Shown: positions 1 to 9,740 of the stretch, piece after piece
How positions within the stretch are numbered: position 1 is the stretch's first letter
Layout: each line of letters opens with the position of its first letter
Origin: Epithemia pelagica
Taxonomy: Eukaryota; Protista; Bacillariophyta
Reading direction: 5' to 3'
Assembly: GCA_946965045.2 (NCBI GenBank)
Contig: OX337232.1
Location: forward strand, 3,534,001 to 3,598,000
Length of the DNA stretch: 64,000 bases
Position numbers and translations under genes: made by a program
Notes under the pieces: model-generated
What the model was told of the DNA's origin: nothing
The model's input: the letters and a program-made list of their open reading frames with translations, nothing else
Databases searched by the model: none

Positions 1-1320
1 TATCTCTGGCGCAAGTATGACAGCATCAGCGCCTTTGAAGGATACTTTGAAGCCATGGCTCGCATTCAAGCTCTCAATGTACCACTGGCCACCGTCATGG
101 AACTGGTGCATGCCCATTCTGGCAGTCACAGTTCCGATGACAGCGAGTCCTCGGAACGTGTCGTCCCCACCACAACGACAGATCCCAGTACCAGTCTGGA
201 GTTGGATTCGAGCAGCAACAACAGTCGCCGGGGCCGCCGTCGAAGACACCTTCGTACCATGGTTTGGTCACCCGCCAAGATTGAACGAGCCGCCCGAATT
301 ACCACGGGCAATCCGGGAAACAATGATCGTCCTGCGGTAATCATCTTTTCCTACGTCACGTGGGCGGCCTACAGTGAATTTCCCGATTGTGGCGAAACGG
401 CTCTTCGAAATTTGTTCAACCAATTGGTGTACAATCCCGACACGGGAAAGTTTGACTACCAAGTCTTGGAAGAACTCAAGGAAAAGTACTATCCAGAAAT
501 GAGTGACTTGCTCATCAACTTTTACAAAAAGAACGACAAGCCTCAAGATTCGGCCAACAGCAGTGTCGCGGTGGAATGGATTGACGTGGTATCCAAGTTG
601 AATGCGTATCGTGGTTGGACCAAGGACCACGCCATGCACATCAAGTACCGTCGCGAAAAGGAAGAGCAAAACATTGCCAGTCCACTGCACAATGCCCTCA
701 AGGTCATGAATGCCTTGTTTGGTGTTGTCGATATGGAAGGAGCCGATTTGGTCCATCAGATTGCCGAGCAAATCAATGACCTTCGTGATTTGGACTTGGC
801 TGTGGACTTGAGTGGGGTCAAGAACGACGGCTTTGGTATCCTGGCGCTTACCGCCGATGGCAAGGTCCGCTACGAACTGCAATCGTACAAACCGGTTCAC
901 TTTGGCTTTGTCCAAGCGGAACGGCTTAACAACCATTCGGAATCCGTCTTGAGTGCGGGTCGCCGCGAGTTCCGTGCCTTTCGACGTCTCATGAGGCACA
1001 GCAATCTTCCTCCCCGTGCCAGCGACAATACGTCCGAATACTTTCAACAATTGGCCTTGGCCTCCTTGTTTGTCCCCTACACATTGCGTCGCGATACGCT
1101 GGGACGCTTCTTTCGCCATACTCCACCACACTATTCACTCTTGTTTGCCGATTTTGACATCGAAACGCACAAACAAGAGGCCTTGAAATGGGCGTCGTCT
1201 CACGATGACATTGCCCAAGATGCACAGGTTCAAACATTTCTGGAACGCTTGGAGAATTATGTGGAACCCGAGTTTGCTCCCAAGAAAAAAGAAGCGAAAG
1301 CAGAAACGGAACAAGAGTGA
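1..1320 (+). CDS. Uncharacterised protein, 5'-partial (frame open from base 1), with an FPDCGETALRNLFN motif
   Basis: The frame of ORF 55..1320 has no stop back to position 1 (YLWRKYDSISAFEGYFEAMAR...). 439 codons of globular-looking sequence with a Ser/Thr-rich insert and a basic/acidic tail; stop TGA at 1318-1320. Confidence 0.7.
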   Translation, partial: YLWRKYDSISAFEGYFEAMARIQALNVPLATVMELVHAHSGSHSSDDSESSERVVPTTTTDPSTSLELDSSSNNSRRGRRRRHLRTMVWSPAKIERAARITTGNPGNNDRPAVIIFSYVTWAAYSEFPDCGETALRNLFNQLVYNPDTGKFDYQVLEELKEKYYPEMSDLLINFYKKNDKPQDSANSSVAVEWIDVVSKLNAYRGWTKDHAMHIKYRREKEEQNIASPLHNALKVMNALFGVVDMEGADLVHQIAEQINDLRDLDLAVDLSGVKNDGFGILALTADGKVRYELQSYKPVHFGFVQAERLNNHSESVLSAGRREFRAFRRLMRHSNLPPRASDNTSEYFQQLALASLFVPYTLRRDTLGRFFRHTPPHYSLLFADFDIETHKQEALKWASSHDDIAQDAQVQTFLERLENYVEPEFAPKKKEAKAETEQE

Positions 1321-2050
1321 GACCATCATTGCCTGGATCTCATGAGATCCATTTTTTTTGAACTGCGGGACAGTTTGCATCTTTTGGCGCCTTGTTATAC
1401 CTGCTTTCCCGCATGTTCCTACTGCTCCCATATGGAGTGCATACATGCACTTGAGGAGCGCTCGCAAGGATGTAGGAACTGAACCAAAAGAAGACGCTTG
1501 TTTAGGGTACATGACCTTAGACAAAATGACCAGCAATGCATATAATAGTAATTGTTTGATTCCAATTTGCCGCTTTGGATCGAAAGTCCTCGTGTTTAGT
1601 GTAGGAATATCACCATGTTAACAGGGTGTGGAGAGACAATCAGGACTTTTGTTCCATATCGGCCTATTATTTGTCCTCTCCTTGACCGACGGCTGGTGCC
1701 CAGTAGATAGTTTGTGTCATGAGTCATGATGTGAGTCCCGCGCCATTGTGGGCCCTGACGGGCTCGCGCACCAGAGCGAGCATCGAGAAAAGTCCCGCCA
1801 CTTTTCATCTTTTGTCCCAAAGGTTGTTCCAAAAATTCATCGAAGCATCGAAGACCGAAGCGTCCATGATATTGCCTTGATCACGACGTCTCCTGAAAGC
1901 CTTGTTAAATAGTTTTTCGAAGCATATGATGTCTGGGATGTCGAGGAGGCACGTCGAATTCTGGATGAGAATGGTGAGACCATTGCAAAAACACTTGACT
2001 GGAAAACACGCCAATATCCCCTCCATCGCATTTTAGATGAGAATCATCGC

Positions 2051-3844
2051 ATGAACTTGTCTTCTATTGAGGGATATAAACTGGTTGAGCAGTTGGTCTC
2101 ATGCTTTCCCGACGCTCTTTTGAGAAAGGACCGTTATGGCGATTTGCCCATTCATCACGCTCTCCATATTAGACCGTACTGCTCACCTACTCCCGAGAAC
2201 AAAACCTACTGTCTTGTAACTTTTTTTATGCGAGAAGAACCACGGTGTGCTGCTATCCAGTCATACAAGTGTGGATGCACGATTCTGCATAGGGCCTGCC
2301 GAGAACATCCTAAGATGGTTTCAACGTATACCATGACACAACTGGCCCAAGGATGGCCCAATGGCATTGTTCAAAAAGATGGAAATGGATACACTCCCCT
2401 TCATAATCTTTGCCAAGTATCACAGCATCGGGACGATCTTATTGAGCTTTTCAACCTGTTTCATCAGCTCCAACCAAGCTGTCTGTCCATTCCTGACAAT
2501 GAAGGGCGTAGGCCCCTCGACATGCTCTGTGAAAACAAATCTCTCGGAAATTCTTACCAAGAGCAATTGGTCAAACTTGTCCTTTCTCTTGACCCTAAAG
2601 TCACAGAATTCGTTGATAACTGGGGCAATCTTCCTGTTCACAGAGCGTCTATTTCTTGTCCAAGTATTGCTGCTTTGCTGCTTGAAACGAGTCCGAAAAC
2701 ATTAGACCTATGGAACAGAGCATTCGGTGTTCCGCTGCACTCAGCTATCCGGTATGGTAAACCCCAGAACAACACAAAGGCCATTATTCGAATGATTCAA
2801 GCTCGTCCCGATCAAGCCAAATCCCCTGACGAAAGCAGGGAAAACAAGATACTTCCTCTTCACATTGCCTGTAAACACGGAATGGCCGAACTCATTCCAA
2901 CTTTGGTTGAGGCATATCCACAAGCTCTGTCATGGCAAGACTCCAATGGAGATACACCTTTCCATTGTGCCGCCCGAACGACCAAAAATCAAGAGGTTTT
3001 GACCTGTTTGAACAACCTTTATCCTCAAGGCTTTTTGTACAAGAACCGTGACGGCCAGCTGCCGATTGCGTGTTGCGGCAAGGATCACCAGCAATTTTTG
3101 CATTTGGTGCAACTTTGTCCTGCAAGCCTGTATCACGACTCCTCGACAGATAGTACATCGCTGAATCCAGGGAGTGCGTATTTGTCCGACAACCACAAAC
3201 TGTCGGACTCGGGAGCAGTACTACTCAATCGAGTCTTTGCGGCGACCATCCCAAAGCCCACAGATATGAAAAGCGAAAATAAGAAGCCCAAAGAAATGGA
3301 TGATTCAAAAGAGAAGGAATCATCATCATCATCATCCAATCACATCAATCAAGACCTAGAAAAGGACTCTGACGACACTCATGATAAAGAAGGGGAGGAA
3401 AAAGGATCAACTGCTGGCTCGACGACTAATGAGGCAGATTTGCTGGAAAACGAAATGTTTTCTCAACCATTGCTCGACAAGGCTATCGATAGATTGCAAA
3501 GGCTGTTGCAGGAAGCGGAGGAGATGAAGAGACATTTGGTTCAAGTGCAAACGACACAAGTAGCATTGGCGCAAAACACCAACAAGAACAAGTGCGAACA
3601 ACATGACGAGGGGCAGGCACAGGAAACGGACAACACGATGCTCACAGAGGAGGCCGACCTTCGCAACACAGGACGTACTAGTGTATCTTCCGTTGGTGCT
3701 ATGCAACGGTTAGACTCGAATGAACCCCAAGGTTCCAAAGAGTGCACGAACAAAGGCATCGATACTGCAGAGCACAAAGAACAACAACCAGGATCGAAAC
3801 GAAAACGTCCCCCGAGTAGTGAAACAGAGCAAGAATGCCACTAG
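2051..3844 (+). CDS. Ankyrin-repeat protein, subfamily D (D1), with acidic linker, short coiled coil and basic C-terminus
   Basis: 597 aa ORF with repeated ankyrin-like motifs (GDLPIHHA, GYTPLHNL, GNLPVHRA, ILPLHIAC, GDTPFHCA) and C-terminal SKRKRP. The homologous N-terminus continues upstream (ESLVK*FFEAYDVWDVEEARRILDENG) but is cut by TAG 1910-1912. Confidence 0.8.
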   Translation: MNLSSIEGYKLVEQLVSCFPDALLRKDRYGDLPIHHALHIRPYCSPTPENKTYCLVTFFMREEPRCAAIQSYKCGCTILHRACREHPKMVSTYTMTQLAQGWPNGIVQKDGNGYTPLHNLCQVSQHRDDLIELFNLFHQLQPSCLSIPDNEGRRPLDMLCENKSLGNSYQEQLVKLVLSLDPKVTEFVDNWGNLPVHRASISCPSIAALLLETSPKTLDLWNRAFGVPLHSAIRYGKPQNNTKAIIRMIQARPDQAKSPDESRENKILPLHIACKHGMAELIPTLVEAYPQALSWQDSNGDTPFHCAARTTKNQEVLTCLNNLYPQGFLYKNRDGQLPIACCGKDHQQFLHLVQLCPASLYHDSSTDSTSLNPGSAYLSDNHKLSDSGAVLLNRVFAATIPKPTDMKSENKKPKEMDDSKEKESSSSSSNHINQDLEKDSDDTHDKEGEEKGSTAGSTTNEADLLENEMFSQPLLDKAIDRLQRLLQEAEEMKRHLVQVQTTQVALAQNTNKNKCEQHDEGQAQETDNTMLTEEADLRNTGRTSVSSVGAMQRLDSNEPQGSKECTNKGIDTAEHKEQQPGSKRKRPPSSETEQECH

Positions 3845-3884
3845 ATTCGGATAGTCTTTAAAACTAAGAATTCACTTATATATA

Positions 3885-4124
3885 TTTTTCGAGGCCTATG
3901 AGAACAAGGATTTGGACAAGGCACGACGAATCCTGAACGAGGACGGTGGTGCTGTCCTGGCCCATACCTTGGATTCCATCTTGCATCGATATCTCCTTCA
4001 TTGCGTTTTGGATCAAGACAAGGAGTTCTTGTCTAGCAAAAGGCTTATAAACTCAATTCCCGACTCATTCAGTTGTGTCCGAAAACGCTCTTGAAACGAG
4101 ATAGTTCTGATCGTTTGCCCCTTC
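3885..4124 (+). pseudogene. 5' fragment of a D-type ankyrin gene, truncated by the PGAM-kinase segment
   Basis: Close copy of about 8158-8397 (FEAYENKDLD..RILNE.GGAVLA.TLDS..HRYLLHCVLDQDKE). Similarity stops abruptly after ...tttgccccttc at 4124. Confidence 0.75.
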
Positions 4125-5661
4125 TCGGTTCCAACAATGTCCCTCTTGCTTTCCCTAACGCTAAAACAACGCCGAATGACTTGGAGTAATCACTGTCATC
4201 AGAGTCGTGCAACCCGTAAAGTTCGGAAGATAGAGCTGACCGTTTTTCATCATCCAACGGGCCTACAAAAGAAAGCGCCAATGTAATCTTGTCTTCGACT
4301 AGAGCCTCTTTTTGACCGTGGTGGTGCTCGCCGCCAAGAAAGTCTATCCAGAGAATATCGCCATCGCGGGTCTTGATGGCGTTGGGATACCTTGCATCTC
4401 CGTGATACCAGCCGCTATCATGCAACGCTCTGAGTGCGCAAAAAAGCTCGCGACAAGCCTCGCTGGTCTTGATCATAGTGCTCCCCACAGGTGTCATTGT
4501 ATACGCACAAAGAGGCCACTCAGCTTTCGCTTGTACTTCTACAACAGGGGCACCTTCATGTTTTGCGCTCTTCAATCTGCGATACTCCTTTGCGAATGAA
4601 GCGTGACCCGAGCGAGCAACCTTCAAAGCAACCATCTCGCCGTTCTCATTCTCGACGCAGAAAACTTCGCCGAAAGAGCCACCGCCCAAATACGCAGACG
4701 CGCCACCCGCAAGACTGGCGATCCGCAATCGCAGATCCACCATGGCATTCTGGGCGTTTACAACCTGTTGCGTCGTATGTTTTGTCATGTAGGCTTTCAA
4801 TACTGCTCTCGACCCTGGTGCATCCCATGGCACGAGATGATACAACGTGCGGATTACCCCATCGATAGAATCACCAACGACAAACCCATCCATGTCGTAC
4901 AAAATAATACTTAAACTGCGCCTCTTAACCCCCAAGCACTTCACGTAGTCGACCATCTCGCCAAGGGCCTGATGAAGATTTCCCAACTTTGATTTGCCCT
5001 CCCACAACGACGTAAGGTAGAGTTCCGAATCTCGTTTCATGTCCAAGCCGCCGAAGATCAAGCCCGAAATTTGGTGATTTGTTCGAAAACTCACCATAGC
5101 TTTACCTCCAAATGAAGTCGAAGGGGAGATCCGTAACGGGTGAGCGGTGAGCAAGTCAGGTTTCCTGCGGTTTTGAGCTGACTCAAGCGGATAGGCTGGA
5201 AGCCACTTTGTCGATTCTGTATTGCTCAAAACAAGTCCTGACTTTGTTTCTTCTTTCAACACTTCCGTAATTTTCGGGGACAAAAGAGCTGTCATCGCTG
5301 CTTCTACCAAATCAGGCTGTACCTCTCGAAGTGTTTGCCGTAGATCACACAGTTCAACGCTCGACAGTACCGACGACTCTTTGTTGGCGCCAACCATACC
5401 CGGAGGCTGTTGACTGTATTGGCCGCTAATGATCAATGCCTGTAGACATCTTGCGCCTCTTGTGGCCGCAGTTTGGGTCGGTTCGACGTTCTGTTGCTGG
5501 ATTAAGTCAGTTAAGTGTTGCGTGGCCTCAGTTAAGTAGCCCAACTGTTGTTGCGTGGCCTGGTTCTGTTGTAGCATGGCCTGGTATTGTTGCATCAACT
5601 GTTGTTGCATGGCCTGGTTTTGTTGCATCAACTGTTGTTGCATCAACTGTTGTTGCATCAT
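4069..5661 (-). CDS. Crinkler (CRN)-like PD-(D/E)XK nuclease + kinase module; could also start independently at ATG 5661
   Basis: Nuclease-like motifs [22 protein letters not shown] and ALGEMVDY. Kinase motifs [27 protein letters not shown] and WIDF. Confidence 0.7.
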   Translation of the reverse strand: MMQQQLMQQQLMQQNQAMQQQLMQQYQAMLQQNQATQQQLGYLTEATQHLTDLIQQQNVEPTQTAATRGARCLQALIISGQYSQQPPGMVGANKESSVLSSVELCDLRQTLREVQPDLVEAAMTALLSPKITEVLKEETKSGLVLSNTESTKWLPAYPLESAQNRRKPDLLTAHPLRISPSTSFGGKAMVSFRTNHQISGLIFGGLDMKRDSELYLTSLWEGKSKLGNLHQALGEMVDYVKCLGVKRRSLSIILYDMDGFVVGDSIDGVIRTLYHLVPWDAPGSRAVLKAYMTKHTTQQVVNAQNAMVDLRLRIASLAGGASAYLGGGSFGEVFCVENENGEMVALKVARSGHASFAKEYRRLKSAKHEGAPVVEVQAKAEWPLCAYTMTPVGSTMIKTSEACRELFCALRALHDSGWYHGDARYPNAIKTRDGDILWIDFLGGEHHHGQKEALVEDKITLALSFVGPLDDEKRSALSSELYGLHDSDDSDYSKSFGVVLALGKARGTLLEPRRGKRSELSRFKSVFGHN

Positions 5662-6683
5662 CGTGGGAAGCTCCTCGACATGTAGAGAATTTGCGTTAGT
5701 GACAACCGGATTGGCCACCGCAACTTCTGCAGGAGGAGCAGCCGCATCGTCAGACGGTTCAGTATCGGAGACGGCCAGCTTCCTCAGCAGATCATGGGAG
5801 TTGTGGCCTCTGCGACTCTGCGTTTGGGCGGCAATGGGAGCGAAAGCTGGATGGAAGTTTTCGGTGATTTTGACACCCTCGATACGCGCTTTGATAGCAT
5901 CTTGATCACCCAAATAACGGCCCTTCAGGGGAGCAATAGCATTGGCTTGAGGGATTGGTTTGAGATTCTCGTCCAATTCATACACAAGAGGAGTCCCCGT
6001 TGGAATATTCAATTCGGCAATGGTGCCTTCATCGACGTCGTCCAAATGCTTGACAAGAGCTCGGAGTGAGTTCCCATGAGCAGCAATCAAGACAGTCTTG
6101 CCTTCCAAAATCTTGGGAGAAATTTCATTCTTCCACAGGGGAACAACCCGGTCCAAGGTTGTGGCCAACGATTCCGTCAAGTCATTGGCCGGGTGGTGTT
6201 CACTGGTTTTGTCAACGGGAGGTGGAGGAACATTATAAGCCACTGTGGGTTCCAATCCCTCTTTGGCAATCAACTGTCCCCCTTCAACCACCTCTTCGTG
6301 GCCCTTTGGCGACAAAGGACAATCATACCAACCAGTGAACTACGGAAACACAACGACGGACAGAGCAATATAAAAGTAAGAACAGAATTCCTTGATATCA
6401 TCCCCTTTATTACAACGAATCCTCCCTAAGATGAATGCTGAAGTTGTGAACACATGCCTTATTTTCAAGATTCCATGTCGATTCACCATGTCGAATGAGG
6501 ATCAGCGTGTGTTTTTCAGCAGTCTGGAACGTTGCCAAGCTGGAAGAAGATACCAAAAGTACCTGTGGTGAGATCTCACTTTCGCTGCAAGAAGAGGAAT
6601 TAAACCAAGGATTCCTCAACCTACCTTGGCAAGCTGCGTACACGAGACGCCAAGCGAAGAGAGGAACGGGAGATGGCAAACAT
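4069..6683 (-). CDS. Predicted chimeric gene of about 803 aa: presequence + internally deleted dPGM + polyQ linker + Crinkler-like restriction-endonuclease-fold domain + protein kinase
   Basis: Exons 6683-6625, 6539-6458 and 6339-4069 join in frame via a GT-AG intron (6624-6540) and a GC-AG intron (6457-6340). This gives [56 protein letters not shown]..., open to the stop at 4069. Confidence 0.55.
5520..5661 (-). repeat. Imperfect tandem repeat encoding QQQLMQQ units (polyQ-rich linker)
   Basis: Repeated caactgttgttgcat / ggcctggttctgttg units; translates as [29 protein letters not shown]. Confidence 0.85.
5869..6683 (-). pseudogene. PGAM: Cofactor-dependent phosphoglycerate mutase (gpmA/PGAM-type) copy with mitochondrial-type presequence and two in-frame internal deletions
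   Basis: Motifs [27 protein letters not shown] and [14 protein letters not shown] are present. The segment normally between VAY and (Y)xxPPP (the LxRA...LNERHYG region) is missing, as is a short stretch before TESL. No stop after ...IEGVK. Confidence 0.85.
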
Positions 6684-8146
6684 GGTGGTCGGTCAAATGA
6701 CAGCACCCCCGTCATGGGAAGCTTCCTACATCTCTCAGTACTGTTTTCAGTTTTGCTGACGTCACTGTAGCGATTAAAGTAGACGCATTAATCATCCTTA
6801 TCCGGAGCAATACGAAAAAAAACGAAAAACCCCCAACATTCTCTGGTGAAGTAGACTGGGTTTTTCTTTTTTTTTGTGGGACAACATAATATTATGGACC
6901 ATTTAATCATGAGATTATCTATAGATTTGAGTACAAAATTATATCCGCGACTGAAAAATGAGGGAAGATCCCAAAGATCTTGCGACCATGTCGGCACGGA
7001 GACGCACACTCCGGAACCAAACTTGCATCACCCATGATCTTCCACTCTCTCTCTCTCTCTCTGGTGTGATGGATGTAAGCTTTACACTGAGCAAGGACAA
7101 GCTGCTAATACTCCAGGAGACCCGCAAGGGACGAGCCAAGAAAGCCATGTGGAAGGTCTACGACGGCTTGCCTTGTCCCTGGGAGAAATGGAAGCGGCGT
7201 CAAAATTTTCCTTGTCGCATCATCGTCGACTTCCCGAGGCTATCTCCCAAGCACGGGAGCTCTTACAGGGAGGAGCTACCATGGTATGAGGGACGGCCAC
7301 CAAGTACACGTTACTGGGCTGAACGAACAAATCAAAATGACAGAAGACTTGATGAAAGGCTGTCAGTTTGTAGCGACAGGTTGTGTGTTGATTCATGAAC
7401 CATCTTTGGGATACAGTCGAGCCTTTCGACGGCACGTCAAACAAGCGAGTCGACCATTGTCGAAACCGTGATGCAATTAATGACTGCCTTTTTGGACGAC
7501 ACCCCGTCTGGTTCAAAATTCTCCCTCTCTCGAACGCATGTGGCCATAAGTACCATCAACATCAGCAAACCAGTCCTGGTCTGGGTGTATATCTTGGTTT
7601 ATTTTTGGATCCGAGTGGCGAAAAAGGGGAAACTATCATCACGCTCATCATGTTCGTCAACGCTCCAATCCAGTTCCAGTTCCTTCCTCATTGTCAGTTT
7701 CTGAACAACACAAGACGGGTTTATGAAATGAAGGTCTCTTACTTCAAAAACCGTTGAAAGCAGACAAATGCAGCGGAATGTCTGCTGAGCGATAAGAGTT
7801 TCATGTTCATTTCAGGCCCGCCAAGCAGAAACACGTCTCTTTAATTCACTCGTACTCCTTAATAATAGACCTATGGCCGCTACCCATCATGTAGAGAAAC
7901 TACTGCTCCTGAATACGGATACTGAACTCAGCCGTCCTATACCGCCTTGGCGGTTTCAATTAGGGAGCGTAAGGTAGTTCAAGTCATGCGTCGTTCATTC
8001 CCGCGCCGTTGGTCGCGCCGTTGGTCCGAACATGCGGGCTCGCGTTCAAAGATCGGGAGAAGAAAAACCTCCACAAAATTCAAACAAGGACAGGAAAATC
8101 ACACTGAGAAGAATCGCCGTTTGCCAATCTCCAATCTCGTAGTTTG

Positions 8147-8720
8147 TTCATCATGCTTTTCGAGGCCTATGAGAACAAGGATTTGGACCGGACACTACGA
8201 ATCCTGAACGAGGCCGGTGGTGCCGTCCTGGCCCAAACCTTGGATTCCACCATGCATCGATATCTCCTTCATTGCGTGTTGGATCAAGACAAGGAGTTGC
8301 TGTCTAGCAAAAAGGGTTATAAACTCATTTCCCTTCTCATCCAGTTGTGTCCAGAAGCGCTCTTGAAACGAGATGCTTCTGGTCGTTTGCCCCTTCACTA
8401 TGCCTTTTCGATTTCATTCTGTTCTTCTTCCCCTCTTCCTCCCAACAACAACAATAAAAAGGTCTTTTGTCTTGTCACGCTCATACTTCGTCATGCACCC
8501 GAGTGCGTGGGTGTCCCGTAAACGGGCCGCTTTGTATCGCACAGTTGCACCCATTTCGGTGTCGAAACCGCGGACCATCATTACCCCAAAGCAATCACCG
8601 CCTTTGCTGCCGTTGCAGCAAGTTTCATCGCCGTCCAGTCAACCATCCTTGCGCGTTGGTGAGTCCATCAAATCTCACGTCCTATCGGTATCTCAGATCA
8701 ACTTGCGTGAATTCTCGTAG
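8147..8720 (+). pseudogene. Degraded D-type ankyrin gene fragment
   Basis: ORF 8144..8521 aligns by eye to the D1 N-terminus (GYKLI..L.QLCPEALLKRD..GRLPLHYA...FCLVT), then breaks. It is followed by spacer sequence also seen near 23.5 kb and 30.1 kb. Confidence 0.7.
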
Positions 8721-9257
8721 CAGTACCCACAAACTAATAGCTTCACCGACGTTTTGGTGTTGCGACAATGAAGACCACAGAGACACAGACACACATATTC
8801 GAGATAGCGCCTTTGCCACCGTCAACGCTGTTGGGGTTTTGGCATGGAATTTCATATCTGTTTCAGCTTGTCGTCACAAAACTACTGAAACACATTCGAT
8901 CACCACGTTCAAATTTTGCAAATATAAAATAGTGAGCATATTTTCGTAACGCCATGCGATGGTAAGCGCCTGCCGATCGGCATTGCGCGATCAAATCATC
9001 TTCCGAGTTCCGACACACAGAGCGCGGCGGACCGATTGCCTCCACAGATTCAAATTTCTCACTACTGGAAATTGGAATGCGAACCTATACCGTAACGCGA
9101 ACAACTCGGGTGCGCGTGTTCTGGGCATCTCACAGAATACGAACTCTACAAGAGTCATCAGAGGCAGCAATTAGAAAATGAAATCCAGAGAAGAGCATCG
9201 CATAATATCTCGACAAAGCATCCACTCTTAACATGTATTCACCATCCTCTCCAGAGT

Positions 9258-9650
9258 ATGACCGAGCGACGGCCTTTGCGTCGTACCATGAGACCAAGTA
9301 TCACCACACAAACGATAGTTTTTCTTTGCCCAGTTTGTTTCACGAAGAAGAGGAGGAGGAAGTACCCATACGGTCCCCTACTCACCACAGACTCCACCGG
9401 CCAACTCCACGACACGACTTTGAACGAACGCTGCTGCATGCACATGGACTCACACGAGCACTTTTGTTCGCCTGCGTTCCCTGTCGAGGAATGGAAGGCA
9501 CTGTTCCAACGAATACAATCGATTCCACAAGACAGAAGCAACAAGGTGGTGTGAAATCGTACTATGTGCCTACGGATATTTGGGACGATTCGGAAGTTCT
9601 GCCGTATCTCACAAACAACCAGCGAAGATAAGAACGCACCAGTTCGTCGT
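9258..9650 (+). repeat. Duplicated segment with a short conserved reading frame (copy 1; copy 2 at about 38790-39080)
   Basis: DTTLNERC..H.DS.EH....PV.EWKAL.Q...SIP.DRSNKV is kept in both copies. Each copy lies just past the 3' end of an A-type gene (A1, A6). Confidence 0.6.
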
Positions 9651-9740
9651 TAAAAAATATAATATATAGATACACATAATGAAAGTTTTGTTGCCTCGTC
9701 AGCTTCTCCACTGGTCAGTCGTTTCGTTGTGTCAATCTCT

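Noticed and set aside
4125-8100. Helitron or Pack-TIR boundaries around the PGAM-kinase insert
   Set aside because: The insert starts with TC but follows C, not A. I found no CTRR end with hairpin, no TIRs and no TSD, so the capture mechanism stays undetermined.
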